Notes under the pieces: generated by a model | Database searches by the model: none | Told to the model about the DNA's origin: nothing | The model's input: the letters and a program-made list of their open reading frames with translations, nothing else | Shown here: positions 50,582-60,500 of the stretch, piece after piece | Numbering within the stretch: position 1 is the first letter of the stretch | How the letters are laid out: every line of letters begins with the position of its first letter | Program-made: the position numbers and the translations under genes | Origin: a virus | Taxonomy: Duplodnaviria; Caudoviricetes | Direction: 5' to 3' (one strand) | Virus record (IMG/VR): IMGVR_UViG_3300042868_013427 | Coordinates: 1 to 63,269 of that record | Length of the DNA stretch: 63,269 bases

Positions 50582-51821
50582 GTGTGTCTTCTTCATCATC
50601 GAATCCTTCAAAGATTTCTGACATTGAATCGCCCTCAACGATGTTTGGAAGCTCAAACAGAGGCCTTATGACGTTGTCATCGATTTGTTTGAGGACATCA
50701 TCAGTGAAGACTTCTGATGTGAACAGCTGGCTTGACTTTATCGTCTTTCCAAGATGCTTTACAGCAAAGGTCTTTGGATTGGCTGAATCATCTGAGATGT
50801 ACTCAAACTCACCTGTTGGTACCCTCTCAACGACTGGCTTGCCCCTCTTTATCACCGGGTTTCCTTCTTCATCTAGGACTGGCCTTTCATCAATCCTCTC
50901 TTCCAGCTTTCCAGGCCCGATTCCGACTGCGTCCCATGATACGTACTTCTCAAGGCCAACGTAAGGATTCATGCCGTTGTAGAACGAGATGTGGAACTTC
51001 ACTGGGATTGGCTTTGCAAACCTGTTCTTGCTTGGCTTTGATGTCACAAGAACGCCAGTCTTTGTCATTCCGGCCTTCTCTGCCTGCTTGTTGTTCTCCT
51101 TGAGGTTTGCCTTTGAAAGCATGAGGATCATCGATGCTGCATAGATTGCACCGCCGCCGCCCGACATGATCTGAGTAGGAACGTATGCACCAACCGAAGT
51201 GTAGCTGTGATTTGTAAACACAAGGGGTATTTTCAGTTCAGCAAGATCTGTTGTGACAATGCGGAAGAGCGACCTGATGTCTCCTGCCCTCGTCATATCC
51301 TTCTTGTCGCTTCCAGAAAGTGCATCGCTTCTCTCCTTCTCTGTTGCAAGGTTTCCTATCGAGTCAACAATCATCATGATCTTTGGCGTCTCGTATCCCT
51401 TGTCTTTCTTCTCCTTCAATTGGTCGTATAGGTTTGCGCAGAAGTTCTTTAATGTCTTAATCGTATTGACTGGTTGATACCTGATCTTCTCTGGATCAAG
51501 ACCGAACTTCCTTGCAATGTCCTCATCTATGGCAGACTCAGAATCACAGTAGATGATGTAGTAGCCCATCTTCTGTGCCTCTCTTGCGATATTGAGACAG
51601 AGGAACGACTTTCCTACACCAGACTCGCCGCTAAGGGCAACGCTTCGTGTGTTTGGTATACCCCCAAAAAGTGAACCAGAAAGCTGTGCATTCAACACAT
51701 AGTTTCCTGTTGGGATGTATTCATCTATCTTTGAGAACTTGTTCTCTGTTAGTATTGAGCCAAGCTCACTGACCTTTGAAAGACTCTTATCGAGTTCTCC
51801 AAACGAGAATTGTTTTGCCAT
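50574..51821 (-). CDS. uvsX: RecA-like recombinase
   Basis: GESGVGKS, DSE.A, VDSIG, TNH, GGG. Confidence 0.92.
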   Translation of the reverse strand: MAKQFSFGELDKSLSKVSELGSILTENKFSKIDEYIPTGNYVLNAQLSGSLFGGIPNTRSVALSGESGVGKSFLCLNIAREAQKMGYYIIYCDSESAIDEDIARKFGLDPEKIRYQPVNTIKTLKNFCANLYDQLKEKKDKGYETPKIMMIVDSIGNLATEKERSDALSGSDKKDMTRAGDIRSLFRIVTTDLAELKIPLVFTNHSYTSVGAYVPTQIMSGGGGAIYAASMILMLSKANLKENNKQAEKAGMTKTGVLVTSKPSKNRFAKPIPVKFHISFYNGMNPYVGLEKYVSWDAVGIGPGKLEERIDERPVLDEEGNPVIKRGKPVVERVPTGEFEYISDDSANPKTFAVKHLGKTIKSSQLFTSEVFTDDVLKQIDDNVIRPLFELPNIVEGDSMSEIFEGFDDEEDTLE

Positions 51822-51839
51822 TTTAACCTCTATTGTTTT

Positions 51840-53030
51840 TTAGAATAATCTCTTGCTTGTTACAAGATTTCCTGGCACAGGAGGAAGACCTATGACCTCA
51901 AGAAACCTGTTGATCGGTGAAATGAGAGTCTTTTCAAACTGAACATCAAAGTTCATCTTTGGTGCAAACTCGTAAGGAAAGGCATCTGTGTGGTATGCAA
52001 AGACCTGGTCCTCTCCTTCTGCATAGTAGTACTTCACCTTGTCACCTGACTTTAACATTTCATACTTTGCTTTCCACTTTTTGTTCTGACCAAGCATGTA
52101 GTTGTAGTATCCTGCTGCACGAACGTGGACCGGACACTTGCTTCTCACTTCAAATGGCTTGCTAAAGTCTCTGTCGTTTGCGATGTATTTTTCATAATCG
52201 CTTATGCCCTTTGTTATCGATATCTTCTCGATCGGCTGTATCTTAAACTCTGCTTTGAGGTCCTTCAGTATCTTTACAAAGTCTGCATACTGTATGGCCT
52301 TTTTGTGTGTGAAGATGTACTTCATCAGGCCTCTCATCTTGTCTCTGATGAAAGGAGGAGTTGACCCCTGGACCATCTCAACACCCTTTGGCTTGATCTT
52401 TGTCATGCTCTCTATGTCGATCCCTGGATCCTTCCACACCGGGTTGAGGACGTACTTCTTCTTTGCAATGATTATTGCAGATTCTGATATCATCTCCATC
52501 TCAAAGTTCTGGAGGTTCTTTGTGTTGAACTTCTCGCTGTACTTGTCAAAGCACTTGTTGAGAAACAATTTCAGACGATTATCATAGAGGCTGAGTATGA
52601 ATGCCTTTGCATCTCCCTGCCAACCGCAGCTCCTGAGGACAGGTTCAAACGTCACATAGGAGGAATCTGTGTCATTGTAGAACGTCACCGTCTCTGTTAT
52701 AGGAGAGACTTCACCCTCTATTCCAAGCTGTTCATGGATGACGTGATCCTTGTGCCAAAACTCTTTGAAGTATAGATTGATGTACTTATCAGCGCTCTTG
52801 ATGATGTCCTGACCCTGCAGAGTTATTGCCTCTGCAATGTCAATGTTGTACATGATGAAGTACTTGCTTCCATATGCACCGTAGACAGAGTTGATGAGGA
52901 GCTTTATCGATTGCTCCTCATTCGTCTTCTGCATCTTGATTATCTCAAGCCTGTCTATCTCTTTTTGGATCTCATCATACGATTTTGAGGTCCAATCATC
53001 AAGGTTGAAAGATACGGAATCAATCCTCAT
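51840..53030 (-). CDS. family B DNA polymerase, C-terminal subunit of a split enzyme
   Basis: KLLINSVYG (motif B), YNDTDS (motif C), KKKY, KGVE; no exonuclease domain or motif A. Confidence 0.9.
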   Translation of the reverse strand: MRIDSVSFNLDDWTSKSYDEIQKEIDRLEIIKMQKTNEEQSIKLLINSVYGAYGSKYFIMYNIDIAEAITLQGQDIIKSADKYINLYFKEFWHKDHVIHEQLGIEGEVSPITETVTFYNDTDSSYVTFEPVLRSCGWQGDAKAFILSLYDNRLKLFLNKCFDKYSEKFNTKNLQNFEMEMISESAIIIAKKKYVLNPVWKDPGIDIESMTKIKPKGVEMVQGSTPPFIRDKMRGLMKYIFTHKKAIQYADFVKILKDLKAEFKIQPIEKISITKGISDYEKYIANDRDFSKPFEVRSKCPVHVRAAGYYNYMLGQNKKWKAKYEMLKSGDKVKYYYAEGEDQVFAYHTDAFPYEFAPKMNFDVQFEKTLISPINRFLEVIGLPPVPGNLVTSKRLF

Positions 53031-53778
53031 TGACAACGCCTATTATTGATGTTGTGTCTGATTCTGTTGAGTATGTTATGACCTTGTCTTCTGATATGTT
53101 GAGCTTGAACGTGTCATCTCCTATGTAAGAGAGAAACTCCTTCTTCACCTTTATTGGCCTTTCAAGAGAGCCTGTGACTTCATCTGGAAGCTGGTAGTCA
53201 TAAAGGCTGTTGAAGACATGGATCTTTCCTGATGATTCATCCATCCTTATTGACACCGTCTTCTCTGCTGAATCGATGTCAAAGAGAGATGTGATCTTCT
53301 TCATCTGTGTCTTGTGTATCGACGTCTGTGCGCCCTTCTCTGCAGACTTGATGATGCCATCGTACACATGGTCTCCAAGTGCAACAACATAATCAAGCTC
53401 AGTGCAGGCATTTATGATAGTTAGGCTATCTGATACGAACTTGACTTGTGAACAAAGTAGCGCATCCTTCTGCTTCTCACAGACGAATACAATCTCTATC
53501 TCACCATCAGGCAGAAGATCGATGTTCTTCATCACACGATCGATGTTGAAGAACGGCACCTTTATCACACTAGGTGGTTCCTTCTCAAAGGATCCAAAGC
53601 CATCAAGATCGATCTGACTCCTCTTGATGAATCCTCTATCAGGGGTGTACGTCTTTGACACCATCCTGTCTGAGTAGACCTCTATGAGAAGAGACTGGCT
53701 CACCTTCTTGAACTTCTCAAGAAAGTCTCTGAATTTTTCTATGTTTTCTGCGGTTAGAGTAAAGTTAGCACTAGCCAT
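53020..53778 (-). CDS. probable sliding clamp (gp45/PCNA-like)
   Basis: 252 aa, acidic, two-domain alpha/beta pattern, coupled to the polymerase gene. Confidence 0.55.
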   Translation of the reverse strand: MASANFTLTAENIEKFRDFLEKFKKVSQSLLIEVYSDRMVSKTYTPDRGFIKRSQIDLDGFGSFEKEPPSVIKVPFFNIDRVMKNIDLLPDGEIEIVFVCEKQKDALLCSQVKFVSDSLTIINACTELDYVVALGDHVYDGIIKSAEKGAQTSIHKTQMKKITSLFDIDSAEKTVSIRMDESSGKIHVFNSLYDYQLPDEVTGSLERPIKVKKEFLSYIGDDTFKLNISEDKVITYSTESDTTSIIGVVNED

Positions 53779-53798
53779 TTAAGTTTCCTTTTTATTGA

Positions 53799-55157
53799 TT
53801 ATACTTCTGTTTCTTCTTCTGGTTCTTCTTCAATTTCAAAGACTTCTATACCATCAGCGCTTTCGTGTTCAAACAATTGCTCAGCTGGCTTTATTCTCTT
53901 TCCTCGGAGCTCAAACTTCATTGAATTGACAACCTTGTCCTGCTCCTTCTGCTGCTTTATGAAGTCCTTGAGCTTCTGCTCCTGGATCTTTATGAGTTCA
54001 ATCGTTCTTTCGACCTCTTCGTTTGAAAGCTGCCTGAGCTTTATTGAATCAAGCCTTGATGTTATTGGCTTCTCAAACTTTGTGAGGAACTGATCGATCT
54101 CATCGTCAGTCCTCTTCTTTGCAACCATGAACTTCAAGTACTCAAGCTTTGCCTTCAAATATGCAAGCTCAGCTGTTTCTTTCGACACCGTCCAATCAAG
54201 ATGGAAAAGCTTTGTCCTCTCTATCTCATCCTTGAAGTCAAGAAGATAGTCCTCAAGCCTCTCATACTCGATGACAGTCTTGTTTCTCACAAAGACTATT
54301 GACTCATGGACTATGATCTTTGATGCCTTCTCTATCTGGTCTCTCACCTCGATCCATAGGTCCTTGTCTTCCTTAAGTGATACTGTTATCGTCAGATCGA
54401 CCTCATCGGAACTGTTGTTGATGAAGTCAAAGTCAATGCCGTTGAGGATTCCACTGACCTTCTTGAGGAACGACTCAAACTTCACAAGAGGCGGAAGCGA
54501 TGCGATCTTGATCTCTCTCTTCTCTTCTGATACCTTGACATCACCTTCAACGAGCCAGGTCTTGCTGTCTCCGTGCTTTGTGACCTTTCCAGTGAATCCT
54601 TTGAAGTAGGGATTTACAGACTTTCTTTTTCCATCAAAGAAGTCCTGTATGTCCTCTATCTTTCTAGGAAGTATCGTTGACTTGTAGCCAACAGCAATTC
54701 CCATGATCCCGCTCGAAAGACCAAAAGGAAGATCAACGACCATCTCGTCATAGAGGCCTTCTTCGTTCTTCTTGTTGAGGTGGTAGTACTTGTCAACGAT
54801 CGACTTCATCTTTGGGTTCATCTTCACCGAAGTGTACCTTGCGCTTGCAGCGTTAGGAGACACCGGGCATCCAAAGAAACCGTCTCCTATCATTATCTGC
54901 TCTGAGCAATTGAATGGTCTTGCAAGCCTGTTGATCGTTGAAACAAGAGATGCATCTCCTGAGTGGTAGCCTGCAGATATGGCAGAGCCAACAACAGATA
55001 GGGTCTTGTTGAACGATGAAGGACAGTTGTCGATGAGTATCCTCTGGACGTTTGTCAGGGAATCATACCAGTTTGGAATCCCACGGGATTCAATGACGTA
55101 CAGCGCGTATCGCCTATACCTTTCGTCTATCTGCCTTTTTATTGTTATGTCTGCCAT
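53799..55157 (-). CDS. type II topoisomerase cleavage subunit (gp52/ParC-like)
   Basis: RGIP..YDSL..VQR, YHSGDASL, G.FG, AASARYT catalytic Tyr, GIAVGY. Confidence 0.93.
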   Translation of the reverse strand: MADITIKRQIDERYRRYALYVIESRGIPNWYDSLTNVQRILIDNCPSSFNKTLSVVGSAISAGYHSGDASLVSTINRLARPFNCSEQIMIGDGFFGCPVSPNAASARYTSVKMNPKMKSIVDKYYHLNKKNEEGLYDEMVVDLPFGLSSGIMGIAVGYKSTILPRKIEDIQDFFDGKRKSVNPYFKGFTGKVTKHGDSKTWLVEGDVKVSEEKREIKIASLPPLVKFESFLKKVSGILNGIDFDFINNSSDEVDLTITVSLKEDKDLWIEVRDQIEKASKIIVHESIVFVRNKTVIEYERLEDYLLDFKDEIERTKLFHLDWTVSKETAELAYLKAKLEYLKFMVAKKRTDDEIDQFLTKFEKPITSRLDSIKLRQLSNEEVERTIELIKIQEQKLKDFIKQQKEQDKVVNSMKFELRGKRIKPAEQLFEHESADGIEVFEIEEEPEEETEV

Positions 55158-55683
55158 GTGCTTTCTCTTTGGGTTTTTGTTTCTTATTCTTTTCTTCTCT
55201 GCCTGTTATGATATCGACAGCTTGCTTTGCAGTTATCTCTTCTCCAGAGATCGTGCCTCTTTTGAAGATGATGTTGCTAATTTTTCCATCAAGCGGAAGA
55301 TCAATCCCTCTCTCGTCCTTTTCTCCATTCCATGCAAATGTAACGAATATCGATTCATCTCCTAGTATGCTGTAGTCATCTCCTTCAATGTAACCTGTCA
55401 CAAGGTGCCACTTTGAGTCTCCGCCTGCATATTGGTTTGATGTCTTTGCCTTTAAGAGCACCTTTCCCTTTGGCTTCATTCTCAGATCTTTGAATCCATC
55501 ATCAAGGTCTTTGTTGCTGTCTACTTCTCCAACTGCTTCAGTCCTTATCTTCTCAAGAACTTCATCTATGTCATTCGTTGAATAGATGCAATCAGGACCA
55601 CGGACAACATACTTTGTTTTGTTCTTTTTTGGAACATCATAGATGTCAAGACTCAATACTCGTTTGTTTCCTTTTGTTCTCAT
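55114..55683 (-). CDS. hypothetical protein between the topoisomerase subunits
   Basis: 189-aa ORF overlapping the gp52 start by 44 nt. Confidence 0.55.
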   Translation of the reverse strand: MRTKGNKRVLSLDIYDVPKKNKTKYVVRGPDCIYSTNDIDEVLEKIRTEAVGEVDSNKDLDDGFKDLRMKPKGKVLLKAKTSNQYAGGDSKWHLVTGYIEGDDYSILGDESIFVTFAWNGEKDERGIDLPLDGKISNIIFKRGTISGEEITAKQAVDIITGREEKNKKQKPKEKAHGRHNNKKADRRKV

Positions 55684-55693
55684 TCATTGGCTT

Positions 55694-57511
55694 TCATTCG
55701 TATGACGGAGTTGTTTGTAGCCAATCTTTTCTCTTTTGGGCAGATGGTCCGAATGCAATGTCAAGATACCTAAGCGCCTGCGAATCCTCTCTGAACAGCT
55801 GTATGTCTATGTTCTTGAATATCCACTCCCAGTCCTGTATGTCGTTGCTACCAAGGCCCTTAAGGTATCTGACGTTCCTTGCCTTCTTTCCAGATGCAAC
55901 GATCTTCTTGTACTGATCTATGCTGTATGCATAGCTTCTTCCCTTCCTGCCTTCTGTCTCATAGGATATGAGGGGCTTGACGAGAAGCCCAAGCTTCTTC
56001 TGCTTTATGACATATGGGAACCATCTGTAGAACAGGTTCAGGAGAAGTGATGCAATGTGCTCACCGTCAACGTCCTGGTCCGTTGCAATGATGATCTGCT
56101 TGAAGTCACATGTCTCCTTCTCTATGTCAAGGCCGAGGATGTTGATGAGGTCCATGATCTCCTGGTTTGATGTCAGGTCAGAAAGGCTCTGTGTGTTCTT
56201 GACCTTTCCTCTGAGGGCATAGACTGCATCGCCTTCCTTGTCCCTCTTCTGTGCAAGAGATCCTGCAGCAGATAGGCCCTCACAGAGGAAGATCCTGTTC
56301 TTCTTCTTTCCTGCTGGAAAGTACTTCTCACTGAACTTGATCGTGTTGTCCCTCTTTGCAGTCCTGATCTTCTTGAGCTCTCCCTTGTGCTGGTACTCTT
56401 CGATCGCCTTCTTGATCTTCAACTCAAGGTCGCTCTTTGAGAACTCCCTCTTCAGCTTCTTGATCAAAGGCTCAACGAAAGGCATGAGCTCCTCTCTCGT
56501 TGTGACGAACCTAGTCTTGTTCTGGTCTCCGAACCTCATGATCCTTGGTGGTACATTCAGTGTTATCACGGTCTCATAGAAGTTGTGTGCCTGCTCGTAT
56601 CCTAGGATCTCATTCAGCATCTCGTGCATCACAAGCTCATGGATCTGCCTCTGTCCAGTGCTTGATGCCTGCGTTGCATTGACGAAGGATGCCCTTATCG
56701 ATCCTGGGAACTTTGGATAGAGGCACACAGTTCCGACCTTGTGGGAAACGACCATTGCATCCTTTGGCATGAATGACTTCGGAAGGCTGACTTCCTTTCC
56801 GTCCCATTTGACTATGAACGGAACATCCTTCAGGACAGGATCAAACGAGAGGATCCACTTCCTGAATGCCATCTGTGTGATGATGTACTCCTTGTCCCAT
56901 TTTGCACCCTTGAACACGTCCTTTCTTGGGATGAACTTTATTGTCGTTCCGGTGTCTGATCCCTTCTTTGTAGGCTTGTGGTCCTTTGACTTCGATGAGA
57001 AGTTCTCCCAGGTCTGTGTGTATGTGATGCTTGGGTTCACTGTCTCTATGCTGAACATGGACGAAAGCATGTTTGTCAGGGATATTCCCATCCCATTTGT
57101 TCCAACGATGTTCTCTTCGATGCCATCGTTGTTGAAGTTGCTACCAGCACGAAGCATTGAGACTGCGGTCTCAACCATTGACATTCCAGACTTTGGGTGG
57201 ATCTTCTCTGCGTTCTTGAATCCTCCTCCTGTGTCTATTATCGTCGCACTGTTCTCCTTTGAGTTGAACTCAACGGTGATGTGCTTGACCTTTCCAGACT
57301 GCCTCTTTGCCTCATCAAACGCATTGTCTATTGCCTCATTGAGGATCTTATAGAATCCAACAGAAAGCATCTTTGTTTCCTCAACAATGAGGCCAGATTT
57401 TATGATTGGAACCCTTTCCTCAGATGGCTCAACGGAACCAACATATATGGTTGGTTTCCTCAAAACGTGCTCAAAATCTGAAAGAACTTCTATCTCTTTG
57501 TTGACTGACAT
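55694..57511 (-). CDS. type II topoisomerase ATPase/TOPRIM subunit (gp39+gp60/ParE-like)
   Basis: EHVL..P..YVGS, EAIDNA, GTNGMG, EGLSA, LRGK, DQDVDG.HI, YLKGLGS. Confidence 0.95.
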   Translation of the reverse strand: MSVNKEIEVLSDFEHVLRKPTIYVGSVEPSEERVPIIKSGLIVEETKMLSVGFYKILNEAIDNAFDEAKRQSGKVKHITVEFNSKENSATIIDTGGGFKNAEKIHPKSGMSMVETAVSMLRAGSNFNNDGIEENIVGTNGMGISLTNMLSSMFSIETVNPSITYTQTWENFSSKSKDHKPTKKGSDTGTTIKFIPRKDVFKGAKWDKEYIITQMAFRKWILSFDPVLKDVPFIVKWDGKEVSLPKSFMPKDAMVVSHKVGTVCLYPKFPGSIRASFVNATQASSTGQRQIHELVMHEMLNEILGYEQAHNFYETVITLNVPPRIMRFGDQNKTRFVTTREELMPFVEPLIKKLKREFSKSDLELKIKKAIEEYQHKGELKKIRTAKRDNTIKFSEKYFPAGKKKNRIFLCEGLSAAGSLAQKRDKEGDAVYALRGKVKNTQSLSDLTSNQEIMDLINILGLDIEKETCDFKQIIIATDQDVDGEHIASLLLNLFYRWFPYVIKQKKLGLLVKPLISYETEGRKGRSYAYSIDQYKKIVASGKKARNVRYLKGLGSNDIQDWEWIFKNIDIQLFREDSQALRYLDIAFGPSAQKRKDWLQTTPSYE

Positions 57512-57541
57512 GTGCTTTTATCTTTTTGATTGATGATTGAA

Positions 57542-57574
57542 CAAATATACCAAAAGTCGGCAAATATATACAAA
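57542..57574 (-). promoter_or_regulatory. Bacteroidota-type housekeeping promoter for the replication operon
   Basis: minus strand TTTG-N21-TATATTTG matches the -33 TTTG / -7 TAnnTTTG consensus. Confidence 0.6.
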
Positions 57575-57584
57575 AAAATTCTGG

Positions 57585-60500
57585 ATGTTAACTACCGAGC
57601 AGATCATAAACGCCCTTCAGAAGAAGCTCCTGGGCAGAGTAGCAGACACAGACCCAAACGCACAAGTATTTGAAGAAACAATATCATCGGCAATACGTGT
57701 TGATATTGGTCAGGTTTGGGCAAAGTCCGATCTCATACCTTCAACAAATCCGCTCAGCGCTCCATCTTTTGGAGATGGAAGCATATACTCTGATGATGGA
57801 TACGACATCATACAGAAGAAGGAAAAGGCACCGCTGGACTTCATTGAAGGCTCTGCGTATGCATTTCAGTCTCCATCCATATCAAGGATCATATATCAGC
57901 CTGGATACGAAGTTACCCTTTGGGCGCTTTCTGATTCAAGCCTTGATCCAAACAATCCAAACAACTACACAGTTGAGATAGCCCAGGGGGTAAACACTGA
58001 CTACATAATAGACCCTGACAGCGGCGTCATACTGTTTCTAAATGGACTTCCTGACAACGTTGATGCAACTCATCCTCCAAGGATAAGCTGCTACCTTTAC
58101 ATAGGCCCATTGGGATTTGAGATTGCTCAAGGTCCAACCGGTCCGTCAGGGGGCCCAACAGGACCTGTAGGATCGACGGGCGTCACAGGACCTATCGGTC
58201 CTACCGGACCTACAGGAGCAGGAATAACGGGTCCAACTGGCGCTGGAGCACAGGGTTCACAAGGACCTGTTGGTCCTTCAGGAGGACCAACAGGATCATC
58301 TGGAACACAGGGGCCTCAAGGAGCACAGGGACTACAGGGAGCAAAGGGTGTTCAAGGGCTCCAAGGGCTTCAGGGACTTCAAGGCCTTCAGGGAAGACAG
58401 GGACTGCAAGGCACACAGGGCACACAGGGAACCCAAGGCTTCACAGGAAATGCAGGCGCGCAAGGCCTTCAAGGACGCCAAGGCGTGCAAGGGCCTGAAG
58501 GTGACATAGGACCTACTGGATCAGATGGTTATCAAGGCTCACAGGGACTGCAAGGCCTTCAGGGCCAAACAGGAATCCAAGGCATGCAAGGCCTTCAGGG
58601 ATTCCAAGGCGCGCAGGGAATAACAGGAGACCAAGGAGCGCAAGGGCTTCAAGGGCTTCAAGGACAAACAGGACCACAGGGACTTCAGGGAATAACTGGA
58701 GCAGGCAGCGATGGTGCGCAGGGCCTTCAGGGCCTTCAGGGACGACAAGGAACACAAGGTACACAGGGAACGCAGGGCTTTGGCGGGGCTATAGGATACT
58801 ATGGATACTTCTTGGATCTAAACGATCAGCCAAACAACAGTGTGCTTAGCCCAAACGTTATCACTTATGACACAACAATAGACTCGAGCGGTATCTCAGT
58901 GCAGAACAACTCTGAGATCACATTCAGCTATCCTGGGGTATACAATGTTCAATTCTCTTTCCAGGTAGATAAGACCGACGGTGGAGTTGATTCAATAGAC
59001 ATATGGCTTTCACAGAACGGAAGTAATGTTAGTAACTCTAATACAAGGTTGAGTCTTACCGAGGCAAATGATAAGAAGGTTGCTGCATGGAACTTCATTG
59101 TCACAACCACGACAGAAAATGAATACGTTGAAATATACTGGTATTCTGCAGATGTTGACATGCGACTGCATTATCTAGGAGCGCAGTCAACTCCTACAAG
59201 GCCAGCAACTCCTTCAGTCATACTCAGTGCACAACAGATCATGTACACACAGGTAGGACCGCAAGGACTACAAGGCGTTCAAGGCCTTCAGGGTCTTCAA
59301 GGAGTTCAAGGTGCTCAAGGTGCTCAAGGTGCTCAAGGCAACCAGGGAAATCAAGGCGTTCAAGGGGTGCAAGGAAACCAAGGAAACCAAGGAAACCAGG
59401 GGGTTCAAGGGGTGCAAGGCCTTCAGGGTTTAACTGGAGCAGGCGTACAAGGCATGCAAGGTCTTCAAGGTAATCAAGGAGCTCAAGGCATTCAGGGTTT
59501 AACCGGTGCTGGTGTTCAGGGCATGCAAGGAAACCAAGGAATTGACGGTCCACAAGGACTTCAAGGAACGCAAGGACTGCAGGGTCGTCAAGGAGCATCT
59601 GGCTCAAATGGTCTTACTGGATCTCAAGGTATGCAAGGCATGCAGGGATCACAAGGAACGCAAGGCCTTCAAGGAAGACAAGGTGGAGTTGGTGATTTTG
59701 GTCCACAGGGATTCCAGGGACTTCAAGGTCACCAAGGTATACAAGGCATTCAAGGAGTTCAAGGCCTTCAAGGAAACCAAGGTTTGACTGGAGCTGGAGT
59801 TCAAGGTATGCAAGGCTTACAAGGAAACCAAGGAGTACAAGGAAACCAAGGAAATCAAGGTGTTCAGGGAACACAAGGCATTCAAGGAATTCAAGGCCTA
59901 CAAGGAAACCAGGGGGCACAAGGAGCACAAGGAGCACAAGGTGTTCAGGGTCTTCAAGGCAACCAAGGAAATCAAGGAGTTCAAGGCACACAGGGGACTC
60001 AAGGTGCTCAAGGTGTTCAGGGTCTTCAAGGCAACCAAGGAAATCAAGGCATTCAGGGAACGCAAGGCGTTCAAGGTGCTCAAGGCAACCAAGGAAATCA
60101 GGGAGTCCAAGGAACACAAGGAACACAAGGTTTACAAGGTCTTCAAGGAAGACAGGGCAACCAAGGAAACCAAGGCGTTCAAGGCACACAGGGGTCACAG
60201 GGTCTTCAAGGCAACCAAGGAAATCAAGGCGTTCAGGGAACGCAAGGTGCTCAAGGCAACCAAGGAAATCAAGGAGTCCAAGGGACACAAGGCGTTCAAG
60301 GTGCTCAAGGCAACCAAGGAGTTCAGGGAACACAAGGCCTTCAAGGTCTTCAAGGAAGACAGGGCAACCAAGGAAATCAAGGCGTTCAAGGCACACAGGG
60401 GACTCAAGGTGCACAAGGTGTTCAGGGTCTTCAAGGCAATCAGGGTGTTCAGGGTGCACAAGGTGCACAAGGTAATCAAGGAGTCCAAGGGACACAGGGA

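Noticed and set aside
29942-57481. Many + strand ORFs antisense to core genes
   Set aside because: Ser/Leu/Phe-rich mirror translations of well-supported minus-strand genes; only 40751..40999 occupies free space.
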